DNA of 64,000 nucleotides from Octopus vulgaris (Eukaryota): NCBI GenBank assembly GCA_951406725.2, contig OX597814.1, positions 84,196,001 to 84,260,000 of the forward strand, read 5' to 3'. Shown piece by piece: positions 13,991 to 28,050 of this stretch (position 1 is its first letter; each line of letters starts with the position of its first letter). The notes under the pieces were generated by a model. It saw only the letters and a program-made list of their open reading frames with translations, ran no database searches and was not told where the DNA came from. The position numbers and the translations under genes were made by a program.

Positions 13991-15394
13991 ACGATCACAC
14001 TGGCAGTGGCTTAGTGTGTGTAGCCTGTAGTTGAAAAGATTGAAACGGCGGGTAAAACTTTCAATAGTGAACGGACAGTAATCGTGCTCCCGACAGCAAT
14101 AATCTGCCTCAGCTTCTGAACCCAGATCGTCGAACGCTTCTGCAGTATTTCCATTGCCACACCATTTCGTACCCGGGTACATAAGTACAGGGTTTAGTTG
14201 GCGACGCCGTCGTCGCCGGCCATACGTGGTACTTTCACCTCCTTTACGTCCCTGGTGTCTAGCGCCAGCGGCCAAGGATTCATTAATATGTGTCCGCATC
14301 CGCTGGGAGGGTAATGATGGGGACGAGATATTTCCTGAATCAATCCGCTTGGCTCCGAATGTATGTTTATTACTGTGAATATGCGACATCGCCTTTAATT
14401 TAGTCTTATGTGAGCCATCTAAAACTGCGCTTCGTTTATCGTCTGCTAAATCCAAATTTCGTCTGGCATATCTTCGGTGTTTTGTCATTTTTCTAACAAA
14501 CCTGTACAGAGACCTACAGGCACTGCTTTCACTTTTAAGATTAACCCTGACAGTGATAAACCAATTTTCATCTCTACTATTTAGGATGGATCGAGAAGTT
14601 TCATTCAAGTCGGGTCGTTCAGTGAAATTGTTGCTGTTGTAATAATCCGTATAGTATGGTATATACACGATACTTCCACCATTGATTTCATCTCGGATGT
14701 GCTTCACTGATGAAGTATAATAATAATAATCGTTTGATTTCGACTTATCCTTGAAGAAACGGTTTGGATCTTTCAAAGCTTTGTGTAAGGCGAAGAATTG
14801 CTCAGAATTTTGACGGTGGTGGTTTATGGCAAATTCTGATATGAACTCAGAAATTTCCGACTTGTTACGTGAGAAATCACAGCTCCTCAAGTTTCCTTTT
14901 TTATATACCGATTTCACGTAACGGAACGGGTTTGCCAAACGTCTGAGTTTTAACTGGTAGCGATTCTCGTCCGGAATGGACAACTCGTGAATGTATGTGT
15001 TTCTGTATACAATACGAATATCCCGCTCTCCGTGGCGGTTGGTTGTGATGCTGACAAAGTCCTTGGAAGCGGCGGTTCCTGTCGCTGGAAGTTTCCGTCT
15101 TCGTCTAGCTATAAAGTTACTTCTTTTTCTTCTTCTTTTACTGCTGATAGTAGTGTTAGTAATGTTACTGTTGTTGTGGTTTTTGTAGCTGATGGTAGTG
15201 ATGACATGGGTGATTGACGTGCTACTACTACTACTATTACTACTACTACTATTATTATTATTATTATTACTACTACTATTACTACTACTACTACAACAAC
15301 TGCTGCTGCTATTTGTACAGGAAAGCAAAGGACACTTGAATGCAATTAAAATGGCACCGAGCAGAGCCGAGTTGAGATAAATTCGATACAACAT
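13989..15394 (-). CDS. First coding exon of a secreted group III phospholipase A2 precursor (signal peptide, long pro-region, N-terminal part of catalytic domain); gene continues downstream
   Basis: 468 open codons from ATG 15394 (AACAACATG context). Hydrophobic leader MLYRIYLNSALLGAILIAFKCPLLSC. C-terminus has the group III sPLA2 signature YPGTKWCGNGN (Ca2+ loop), DYCCREHDYCP (catalytic His-Asp at 14086-14081) and SHCQCD. It ends at AG|GTAAGT in phase 2, before the expected C-terminal helix. Confidence 0.93.
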
Positions 15395-15736
15395 GTTGTT
15401 TAACAGTGACAAAGGTGATAATCTCTCTCGCTCTCTCCTTTTTCTTTTTCTTTTTTCTCTCTTTTTTCCGCTCTCTCTCACACTAACTGTTACTCCGTGT
15501 GTGCGCGAGAGAGAGACAGAGAGAGAGAGCGAGAGAGAGAGAGAAAGAGAGAATCTGAGTGTGTACACTAACGTACGAGTATTTACTATATCTATATTTA
15601 TCTATTTATCTATCTTATCCATTTGTCTGTCTGTCTGTATGTATGCATGTACTGTAGGCAAGTGAGTGTTATGTGTATATGTATGTATAGGTGTGCGCGC
15701 GTGTGTGTGCGTGTTTTTATCTATATCTAACGCTAC

Positions 15737-15762
15737 CTGGTGTGAGATAAAACAAGAGAAAG
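15737..15762 (-). promoter_or_regulatory. Candidate 3' splice acceptor upstream of the PLA2 ATG
   Basis: Minus strand CTTTCTCTTGTTTTATCTCACACCAG|G: polypyrimidine tract plus CAG. It would give an exon 15736-13989 with a 342-nt 5'UTR. Motif only, no transcript support. Confidence 0.4.
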
Positions 15763-15936
15763 CTAGTGTGACGGATGGTTGGGCAGGTAAAGCGAGAGCT
15801 TCAGCTATGTAAAACTTCGCCTGCCTCAGAAGCTGACCAAGCAAGCTACACCTACTGGTCTTCGGCGGCGAACAGACAGCACCAGGTAGAGCTAATGCTG
15901 TAGGATGTGCCATTGGGTCTCCCTCTCTCCCTCTCA

Positions 15937-16013
<77 letters not shown>

Positions 16014-16240
16014 CCACTCTCACACGAATACACGTTTGTTTTCCTTCTCTCGCGACTTTTCACCCTCTCTAACAATCACTCTCACCCCATACGCGCGCGC
16101 ATATACCGGCCCAGACACACAACTATACACATACAAACGCGTACATAGAAACATGCTTGTACACGAGCGGCCTACGCACATACACACACATGCTTCTTTC
16201 CAATATGGTTAATTAATTAAATATGTATGTGCTTATATAT

Positions 16241-16280
<40 letters not shown>

Positions 16281-16439
16281 CATATAAATATATTTGTATA
16301 TATATTCACACACACGCATGCATACATATATTATGCATGTATGTTATATATATATGTATGTGTGCATGTGCGTGTATATACACACGCAATATATATACAT
16401 ACATATATATGTATGTATATATATATATATGTATGTATG

Positions 16440-16539
<100 letters not shown>

Positions 16540-16904
16540 ACTATTCGGAGTTTTGCCGAGCATAATAGTGTTTTACGTTATTTTATTTTTGCGGTTCTTT
16601 ACGTTCTGAGTTCTAATCCAGCTAAGGTCAACTTTACCTTTCAACTATCCGGGACCGACAAAATGAAATACCAGAAAAGTACTAGGCTCGAGGGTATCGG
16701 CTAGGCTCTTTTCCCATAATTTCTTCATCTAAAAGCAGTAATATATTCTTGCTATTAGCATTCTCATTTCACCTACAACAAAACCGATGCCGAGTCGTGT
16801 TGTACTTTTGTAGCAGTATTGTACTTGGGTAAGGACGAAAGCGCAGACTAGAGAGGTTTGCTGCATGGATATGCCCCGATCCCCGACAGTACAGGAGCAA
16901 AGAG

Positions 16905-16951
<47 letters not shown>

Positions 16952-17584
16952 TGCGTGTGCGTGTGTATGCGCGTGCGCGCGAGCGAGCGTGCGAGCGAGC
17001 GTACGAGCGTGCGAGCTGGCGTGTGCGTATGTGATGGATTCTCCCATCGATTTCGACGTGTGCACGTCCAGTAGTTCGATCGAATGGACGACCTATTCAC
17101 TGACTTAGCATACGTGGTGGCTGAGTATTCCACAGACATGTGTGCCGTTCACGCAATTCTTACGTAGACGCCAAAATTACAGAGTAGCAGTGGCGTAGCT
17201 AGAGTATGCGCCGCCCGATGCAGTCGTTGAGTTTGCGGCCCCCTGCACCCTATACAACTTATACAGCAGCCCCAAAAGGGCCACCTCCATAAAAGCACCT
17301 CCCAGGGAGGACTACACCCATGACCCCTCGCCCTCGCCTCACGTTACTTCACAGTATGACAAAGATGGACGCCTGAATTACCGGTGCAGTACATCCGACA
17401 ACCTTCTGCCCAAATTCCTTCCACCGAATTTCAATCACAAAAGTTGTATCGATCCGGGGCTTCAAAGTTGCGAAGCGAACTGATCCAAACTTTTTAACCA
17501 CTCAGCTATGCGTGGGTTTACATATGTATTAATGTATATGTATGTATTATGTGTATGTATGTGTGTGTATTGATAGATAGATAA

Positions 17585-17664
<80 letters not shown>

Positions 17665-17707
17665 GTAGGTAGGTAGGTAGGTAGGTAGATAAGTAGGTAG
17701 GTAGACA

Positions 17708-17742
<35 letters not shown>

Positions 17743-17899
17743 AGATAGATAGAGAGAGAGAGAAGAAAATAGATAAATCAATAGATAGATAGAGAGTGAG
17801 AGAGTGAGAGTTAGATCGAGAGAGAGAGAAAGAGAGAGTTATATAGATAGATGAGGGTGAAAGAGATAGCTAGATAGAGAGAGAGAGAAAGAGAGAGTG

Positions 17900-17969
<70 letters not shown>

Positions 17970-18354
17970 GTAGAGAGAGAGAGAGACAGAGAGACAGAGA
18001 CAGACAGACAGACAGACAGATAGATAGACAGACAGATAGATGCATTTATGTGTATATGTTTCTGCATGTGTTTGTATTCGTGTGTGGCCGTGTAAGTGCA
18101 TGTATGTGTAATGCTTATACATATACGTGTGAGTGTTCGTACCAGTCACGACCTCGGAGCTCCGAAGGTGAATTAAAAAGGGAGTAGTGAGAAGAAAAGA
18201 AAAGGAAAAACAGAAAAAAAAAAGGCAAAAGCGTAAAACAAAGGAATACTAACAATTAAGGGAGAGACGTAGAGGGATCTACATACAACTATTTAGAAAA
18301 AGTGAGAGAGAGGGATATACAGACGGATTAGTTGGCTGACATATACACACACTT

Positions 18355-18411
<57 letters not shown>

Positions 18412-18691
18412 GGTATTTAGCTATTTCTGCTATAGGAATAGGGCCTGATATTTTGGGGGTAGAGAGTCAATTACGTGGACCCATTGTTCGACTGGTACTT
18501 ATTTTATCGGAAGGATGAAAGGAAAGACTGAATTTGAAATCAGAACGTAATGTGAGACTAAGCATTTTGTCCGACGAGCTATCAATTCTACCAACATGCC
18601 GCCTTATATATGTATATGCACACACATACACACACACATACACAAACACACGCACACACACACACACACATAGATACATACACACACACAC

Positions 18692-18751
<60 letters not shown>

Positions 18752-18880
18752 GCGACACGCGCACGCGCGGGTGCAGGAGTGGCTGTACGGTACGAAGCTT
18801 GCTTCCCACCCACATGGTTCTGGGTTCAGTTCCACTGCGTGGCACCTTCAGTAAGTGTCTTCTGCAATAACCTCGGACCG

Positions 18881-18927
<47 letters not shown>

Positions 18928-18933
<6 letters not shown>

Positions 18934-19203
18934 ATCACGTGACCGACCAGTCCATCAGATGTAGTTACACATCGCTGGTCACAATGCGTTCGCATTGTTT
19001 TAGCCTTCGAATGACGCCAACAGAAGAAAGAGTGGGACAAAGAGTGGTGAAAGAGTACAGCAGGGATCACCACCCCCTGCCGGAGCTTCGTGGAACTTTT
19101 AGGTGTTTTCGCTCAATAAACACTCACAACGCCTGGTCTGGGAATCGAAACCGCGATCCTACGACCGCGAGTCCGCTGCCCTAACCACTGGGCCATTGCG
19201 CCT

Positions 19204-19205
<2 letters not shown>
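18928..19205 (-). mobile_element. tRNA-derived SINE, third family
   Basis: Head TGGCCCAGTGGTTAGGGCAGCGGACTCGCG..GGTTTCGATTCCC (A/B boxes), unique body, embedded in (TA)/(CA) repeats. Confidence 0.78.
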
Positions 19206-20182
<977 letters not shown>

Positions 20183-20607
20183 GTTTACTAGTTTCAGTCA
20201 TTTGACTGCGGCCATACTGAGCAACATCTTTCGTCGAAAAAATCGACCCCAGCACTTATTCTTTGTAAGCCTAGCACATATTCTATCGCTGTCTACACAC
20301 ACACATATATATATCGTATATCTTTCTTTTTTTTACTTGTTTCAGTCATTTTGACTGCGGCCATGCTGAGCACTGCCTTTAATCGAGCAACTCGACCCCG
20401 GGACTTATCCTTTTGTAAGCCCAGTACTTATTCTATCGGTCTCTTTGCCGAACCGCTAAGTAACGGGGGCATAAACACACAACCAGCATCGGTTGTCAAG
20501 CAATGCTAGGGGAACAAACACAGACACACAAACACACACACGATATATATGTAACTTAGCGCCTCTACATACACACACACATACACATATAATCTCTCTC
20601 TCTCTCT

Positions 20608-20643
<36 letters not shown>

Positions 20644-20689
20644 AATAAATATATTCTTTCTCCTCAGGGGCTCTCCTCTCTCTCTGACC

Positions 20690-20850
<161 letters not shown>

Positions 20851-21015
20851 GTGTGTGTGATTGTGTATAGAAGAATATATTAATAAAAAAAAGAATTCCA
20901 ACCTTGTCTGATTTTCACGTTTTATTTACAATCTTATAATGATATATTATAAGATAATATATTATAATTGAATAAAATAAAATGAAATAGTAGAATGTTA
21001 AATATTCATTCTGAT

Positions 21016-21060
21016 TGAACTAGTACTTTCATGCATTGAATTCTGCAATCTTCGGGTTCA
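21016..21060 (-). ncRNA. Minimal type I hammerhead-like motif (U4C core variant)
   Basis: UGAAC-CCGAAGA-UUGCAGAAUUCAAUGCAU-GAAA-GUAC-UA-GUUCA: perfect 5-bp stem I and palindromic stem III AGUACU. Confidence 0.62.
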
Positions 21061-21230
21061 TGTAGTAGTGTTGACAGTCATGTAGTAGTGTTGACTGTGA
21101 TAGAATAAGTACCAGGGTTTGAAAATAACTGCCGGGTTCAATTCATTCAATTAAAAATTCTTCAAGGCGGTGTCCGAGCATGACCGCAGTCTATTGATTG
21201 AACCGAAGAACAGATAACAGATATGCCTGT

Positions 21231-21280
<50 letters not shown>

Positions 21281-21639
21281 TACATACATACATACATACA
21301 TACATACATACATACATACATACATACATACATACGTATGTATGTGTGTGTGCGTTGCGTGGGGAGAGAGAAAGAGAGAGATATAGATGGATTGCCTGAT
21401 TGATGAGAGTGAGAAAGAATGAGGAAGAGGCAGTAAAGAAAGAGAGGAGGAAGAAAAGTGGGAAGCAAGTTGGAAAGAAAGTGTTATAATGGTAAATTTG
21501 AATCAGGAAGGAACGCGTAAGGAGAGAGGATAGTTCAGAAGAGGGGTAGAGGGGAAGAGAATGAGACGGAAAGAGAGTGGAAGGAAAAGTGAAGGGGAGA
21601 CAGATTAAAGAAGTGTTTGCGGAAGACAAGCAATGACGT

Positions 21640-21951
21640 GTATGCGTATGTATGTATGTATGTATGTATGTATGTATGCATGCATGTGTGTATGTATGAA
21701 TGAATGTATGTATGTATGTATGTAAGTCTATGTATGTATGTATAAATGAATGTATGTATGTATGTGTGTAGGTGTGTGTGTATGTATGTATGTATGCATG
21801 CATGCATTAATGCATGTATGTATGAATGAATGTATGTATGTATGTATGTATGTATGTAAGTGTAGGTATGTATGTATGTATGTATGTATGTATGTATGTA
21901 TGTATGTATGTATGTACATACATGCATGTATGTATGAATGAATGATGTATG

Positions 21952-21982
<31 letters not shown>

Positions 21983-22833
21983 GTGTAGGTATGTATGTAT
22001 GTATGTATGTACGTAAGTGTAGGTATGTATGTATGCATGCATGCATGTATGTATGTATAAATGAATGTATGTACGTATGTATGTATGTAAGTGTATGTAT
22101 GTAAGTGTATGTATGTATGTAAGTGTATGTATGTATGTATGAATGTATGTATGTATGTATGAATGAATGTATGTATGTATGTATGTATGTACGTAATTGT
22201 AGGTATGTATGTATGTATGCATGCATGCATGCATGTATGTATGTATGTAAGTGTATGTATGTATGTATGTATGTATGTATGTATGTACGTAAGTGTAGGT
22301 ATGTATGTATGCATGCATGCATGCATGTATGTATGTATGAATGAATGTATGTACGTATGTATGTATGTAAGTGTATGTTTGTAAGTGTATGTATGTATGT
22401 AAGTGTATGTATGTATGTATGTATGAATGTATGTATGTATGTATGTATGAATGAATGTATGTATGTATGTATGTATGTACGTAATTGTAGGTATGTATGT
22501 ATGTATGCATGCATGCATGCATGTATGTATGTATGTATGTATGTATGAATGAATGTATGTATGTATGTAAGTGTAGGTATGTATGTATGTATGCATGTAT
22601 GTATGAATGTATGTATGTATGTATGTATGTATGTATGTATGTATGTATGTATGTACGTAAGTGTAGGTATGTCTGTATGTATGCATGCATGCATGCATGT
22701 ATGTATATATGTATGTATGTATGCATGAATGAATGTATCTATGTATGTATGTATGTATGTATGTATGTACGTAGGTGTAGGTATGTATGTATGTATGCAT
22801 GCATGTATGTATGTATGTATGAATGAATGTATG

Positions 22834-22864
<31 letters not shown>

Positions 22865-22871
22865 GTCTATG

Positions 22872-22902
<31 letters not shown>

Positions 22903-22997
22903 GTCTATGTATGTATGTATGTATGTATGTATGTATGTATGAATGAATGTATGTATGTATGTATGTATGAATGTATGTATGTATGAATGTATGTATG

Positions 22998-23028
<31 letters not shown>

Positions 23029-23035
23029 GTGTATG

Positions 23036-23066
<31 letters not shown>

Positions 23067-23209
23067 GAATGAATGAATGTATGTATGTATGTATGTAAGT
23101 GTAGGTATGTAAGTCTATGTATGTATGTATGTATGTATGAATGAATGTATGTATGTATGTATGTATGTATGTAAGTGTAGGTATGTATGAATGAAAGTAT
23201 GTATGTATG

Positions 23210-23240
<31 letters not shown>

Positions 23241-23395
23241 GTGTATGTATGTATGTATGTATGTATGTATGAATGAACGTATGTATGTAAGTGTATTTAT
23301 GTATGAATGAATGTATGTATGTATGTATGTAAGTGTATGTATGTATGTATGTATGTATGTACGTATGTAAGTGAGGGCATGTATGTAAGCAAGCA
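21640..23395. repeat. 1.75-kb (TATG)n satellite with recurring variant cassettes
   Basis: TATG backbone punctuated by GTAAGTGTAG, ATGCATGCAT, GAATGAAT and GTACGTAA units. Confidence 0.97.
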
Positions 23396-23528
23396 TCTAT
23401 ATAAGTGTGACCATCATATGTGAGCGACCATGATATTCTTTGCGCATTTGTATATAATGATGTACGTGAATATAGTTATTATTCTGTATGTCTGCATATG
23501 TGTATGCTGTATGCTTGTGTGTATATAT

Positions 23529-23566
<38 letters not shown>

Positions 23567-23959
23567 ACATATATATAAGCACACATTGATAGTCTCTCTC
23601 ATGCATATATATATAAACACACGCACACACGCACATCCAGTGCTCTCATTTACGTGTGCGTAAGTGTGCATAGACATATTTTTTAGCTTTAAATCTTCCT
23701 TATTTAGTTATTACCTATTTATTTATTTAATTATTTATTTATTCACCTATTTATTTATTGATCAGTGTAACGGCAAATCATCTTAAAAATATGTATAACC
23801 TATGTGACATTGTAATTGTTTTTCTTTGTAATTTATTTCAAAATAATTCGGAGAAATACCAGTATCAATGGTATATAAATTTGAAACTGATTTGAAACCG
23901 GCGAATGAAACTCTCGGGCCTCGAGTCACTCTGTAACTTCTATCGATTATTTATAAAGA

Positions 23960-24009
<50 letters not shown>

Positions 24010-24066
24010 CTTTCTTTTATTCTTTTTTACTTGTTTCAGTCATTTGATTGCAACCATGCTGGAGCG

Positions 24067-24132
<66 letters not shown>

Positions 24133-24829
24133 TAAACAGACTTCTTTCCATTTCCGGGTACCAAGTTCGCTCACAAGGCTTTGTTCGGCCCGAGGCTATA
24201 GTAGAAGACACTTGCCCAACGCGCTACGCAGCGGGACTGAACCTGGAACTATGTGGTTGGGAAGCAACCTTCTTACCACACAATCACGCCTGTATCTGGG
24301 AAAACGAGGGTTCCAGTTGATCCGATCAATGGAACCCCCTGCTCGTGAAATTAACGTGCAAGCAGCTGAGTACTCTACAGACACTGTGCGCTTAAAGTAG
24401 TTCTCAAGGAGATTCAGCGTGAGACAGAGTGTGACAAAGCTGGCCCTTTGAAATACAGGTACTACTCATTTTTACCAGCTGAGTGGACTGGAGAAACGGG
24501 AAATATATATATATATATACGCCCTCCCATCACCCACATACACCCGCACATATACAAACATATGCATATCCATATAAGTGAAGTGGATGTGTGCACATGA
24601 AAGTTGCACATATGCACTGGACACTGTCTTACACTCATATGCATATATATACACACACATACACACATATATGAAATGGAAAATGGAAAACAAGGAAATA
24701 TATATATAAAAAAACAAAAATTAAAATTAAAAATTAATTGGTGTTAAAATATATGGGAAAGTTTGTACAGGAACATAGTAGAAATGTGGACTCTAGCTGT
24801 GATCCTGAGAGTGGTGGGGGCCAAAACCG

Positions 24830-25600
24830 TTACAGGTGTTTTGTGACGTATGGACATGATTGAAAGAGTTCGATTCTTGAATTTAAACATGTAGAGCGGG
24901 TCTAAGAAACTTTTCCAGTTGAGCTATCTTTCCATATTACAAAGACCACACTTGCCACTACCATTGTTATAAGGTTTACACTTGGCTAAGATCTTCCAGT
25001 AAATACTGTAGTTGACACCTTGTTCTTCTAAGAACCATATATCACTGGATAATTCAGTAGTCTTTCGTTTGTTCTAGTGTCTGAAGCTTAAAGTGTGATT
25101 GTTAAATCTTGCTTTGAAATTTCCCTCATGGGACCCGCATATCTCTTGGATGAAACTATATTATTAGCGTTGGTGGAATTTACAGTAGCTTCATAAATAA
25201 CGGCCTCGATCATACAGGCTTTATTTAGTGGGCATAGATCTTTATCCCTGCAGGAACAGCCGACTTCGTGGTGTTGTGTTGTATTGTGCGTGATTGTGTT
25301 TTTAAATTTGGGGGTTGAACTAAAACTAATTTTTAGGTTATACCTATTAAAGAGTTTTCTATATTTGTGATGTATTGGAACATATCTATCTATAAGTGAC
25401 AAGAAATATTTAACTATATTAAAAGTCACTTCGGGGGGGGGGGGGTAAGGGGGGGGGTGAACCAGATAATTTTCCTGCGTCTATGTTTCCTTTTCTTTAT
25501 TTCTGGTCTAATAATATGGGTATAACCTATTTCCTATTTAAATCCACTAGCTTTGAGGGCATTGTTATATAGGGGGCAGTATTATTAAATATGTTTATAT
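24830..25600 (-). mobile_element. Penelope-like element remnant (RT thumb plus GIY-YIG endonuclease)
   Basis: RRRKIIWFTPP, KLFNRYNLKISFS, CSCRDKDLCPLNKAC..VIYEATV..RYAG, WKILAKCKPY..KCGLC, LNSRIELFQSC. Confidence 0.82.
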
Positions 25601-25639
25601 GAAATACATGCTAGGAATAGCCTTATGAAAGCATATTTG

Positions 25640-25925
25640 AAATGCGATAATTCGAGAACAGGGTAGAGTGGGCGATGTGATCGCAAAATATCGTAAATAC
25701 AAGTTCCGCTGAGCCGGACATGTAGCAAGGTTCACACACAACATTATTTCCCGTGCTGTTGCTGACCGATATCCAAGACATCGGAAAAGGCCACAAGGAA
25801 GTTCTCTACACCGATCGGTACACACGATTTAGGTAAGTGATTTGGAACTAAGTGGAAAAGAATGGGGCAATCAAGAATTTGAACCGTATTGTGGCCAACG
25901 GCGTACGACAACATCCGGTCGTCTG
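25640..25925 (+). mobile_element. RTE-type LINE 3' fragment
   Basis: KYKFR*AGHVARF..RAVADRYPRHRKRPQG matches the RTE WAGHVAR..W.PR..KR..GRP tail. Confidence 0.65.
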
Positions 25926-25954
25926 TTTGGTATAGTGGTACAGTAATATATATA

Positions 25955-27191
25955 AAGAGGTTGGACAAATTAATGGAAACGTCTTAAAATTTCAAACGAA
26001 ATTATTCTAATATGAGGTAGGACCACCTTTGGTAGTAATTACAGCTTAAATTCCACGAGGTATGAACTCGTACAAAGTTTGAATTGTTTTCAAAGGAATT
26101 TTTGTCCATTCTTCAGCTAAAACAGTCTCCAGTTATTGTAGTGATGGTGGTGAAGGATATCGACTCCTTACTTGTTTTTCTAAAATGCACCATAAATGTT
26201 CAATAATATTGAGATCTGGGGACTGTGGTGGCCAGCTAAGATGTTCAACTTCACTAGAATGTTTCTCGTGCCATTCAGTAACAACTTTAGCTGTGTGAAT
26301 TGGTGCATTATCATCCTGAAAGATTGCGTTTCCCTTTGGAAACAGGTCCGCAACCATAGGATGAATTCGATCAGATAAAATGCATAAATAGTCTTGACTA
26401 TTAATTCTGCCATGTAGGGAAACCATTGGGCCAGCGGATTTCCAAGATATAGCCCCCACCAGATCATTACAGATCCTCCTCCATGCTTAACAGTTGGAAG
26501 AAGGCAGTCTGGGTCAAATGCTTCTTTTGACTGTCTCCACACGTATATTTGGCCGGTGATCGGAAATAAGGTAATGGATGACTCGTCCGAGAAAATAACA
26601 TTCTTTCACTGCTCTGACCAACTCTATAGGTTTTTTTTATTCCACTCAAAACGTTTTGCAACGTTTGTTTTTAAAAGTAGTGGTTTTCTGATTGCAGCCC
26701 TCCCATGATATCCGGCTTTGTGCAGCTGCCAGCGAACAGTTTTTGTGGAAACTGGGTTCTCGAGGTGGTCATTAAGCTCTGCAGTAATTTTGGGAGCTGT
26801 ACTTTTGTAATCCTTTCTAACAATTCGCGTAAGAGCCCGACGTTCCTTATCTGAAAGTTTTGGTTTTCTTCCGGAGTTTTGTTTCGACGAGGAGGTTTTT
26901 CCCTCTTTCTCAAAGAGTGTCATTAATTTCGGTTGTTTCCATTATGCTAGCGCCTGCCATACAAGTACCAACAATTTGACCTCTTTGAAAGTCCGATAGG
27001 TCATCATTTTAATGAATTTTAATTACCTTTTTTCTGATAATACCTGAAAAGAAACAGCAATTTTAGCAAAACATATTAAGCAACACTAATAGTAAATCAA
27101 ATCCATAAAAATAAATAAGCTTTTGACGGTTTTATAGATATTTCAAAATCATAATGCTATGATGCTAGGTGTTTCCATTATTTTATCCAAC

Positions 27192-27196
<5 letters not shown>
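25955..27196 (-). mobile_element. Full-length, frameshifted Tc1-family DNA transposon with DD36E spacing
   Basis: Inverted ends GGTTGGACAAATTAATGGAAAC / GTTTCCATTATTTTATCCAACC in TA context. Transposase pieces GRKPKLS, GRAAIRKPLL, FSDES, TVKHGGGSVM, FQDDNAPIH..SPDLNIIEHLW, with 36 residues between the second D and the E. Confidence 0.9.
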
Positions 27197-27253
<57 letters not shown>

Positions 27254-27263
27254 TATATATATA

Positions 27264-27339
<76 letters not shown>

Positions 27340-27819
27340 CATACATACACACACACGTACAAACACATATGTATATAGTTTACTGTTCCTCTAACGTAGG
27401 CTCAACAAAAGAAGCATTCTATCTAGTGAGAGATAAATATCATTTAATATACACTGTATTAAGTTAAGAGCTATTAAAAGATTCCTGCCATCGAGACACA
27501 TGGTTATCAGATTTTATTGCATGTTCTGTGTCTCCAAATAATCATCAGGCTCTGGATACATGGTTTGTTCTATTTGAAAAATTGGACCCAGGTACACGAG
27601 AAAACGCGTGAAAAAATGAGAAGTTTGATGCAAAACATGGAATGAGAACGTAAAGACTGAATAAAACGGAAAAAGAAAGGAAAGAAAAGAAAGAAAATTA
27701 TTGCTACGTTCCCTTTGACTGTAGACGTCCTAATAAAACTAGCTGGTGCAGAATAATTCATCGGAGAGGAGTCCAAAGTTTGCAGAACAGGTGCTGAGTC
27801 TGTAGAGGGTTCGACAAAA

Positions 27820-28050
27820 GAAATTTGTCCATACGCTTGCATTTTCTGAAAATTCCGTATCTGGAATTAAATAGCGTGGTAGAATTCTTAGTTCAAATAA
27901 GAGTGTGCGATCTTTCAGCTACGCATAAGTTGCATCTCTTAGATCCATTTACATTTGGCATAGATTTCTCCATGATTCTCCTTTAGATTGTATGCAGTGT
28001 GTAGCTGGTCTTCAAACCCTATACGTGTCCAGCCAACTTAATGACTTTAT
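27820..28050 (-). mobile_element. Penelope-like GIY-YIG C-terminal fragment
   Basis: NGSKRCNLCVAE..TLFNSRYGIFRKCKRMDKF, homologous to the tail of the 24830 remnant. Confidence 0.65.

Noticed and set aside
15395-15568. 58-aa N-terminal extension of the PLA2 ORF in the track
   Set aside because: Starts at GTG and translates (CT)n/(GA)n repeats; the ATG at 15394 has better context and begins the signal peptide.
17188-17353. Possible MITE starting CAGTGGCGTAGC
   Set aside because: The right-hand inverted end is too degenerate to call from sequence alone.
19130-19205. tRNA-like sequences (also about 53950-54025 and other SINE heads)
   Set aside because: No complete cloverleaf or acceptor stem; they continue into SINE bodies.
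21640-23395. Repeat-and-spacer appearance suggesting a CRISPR array or coded message
   Set aside because: No constant repeat with unique spacers, no cas genes, eukaryotic context; variants are explained by point mutation and slippage.
27515-27555. CTGATGA on the minus strand downstream of a Penelope fragment
   Set aside because: Position fits a pLTR hammerhead, but GAAA is absent (GACA) and the stems cannot be formed.
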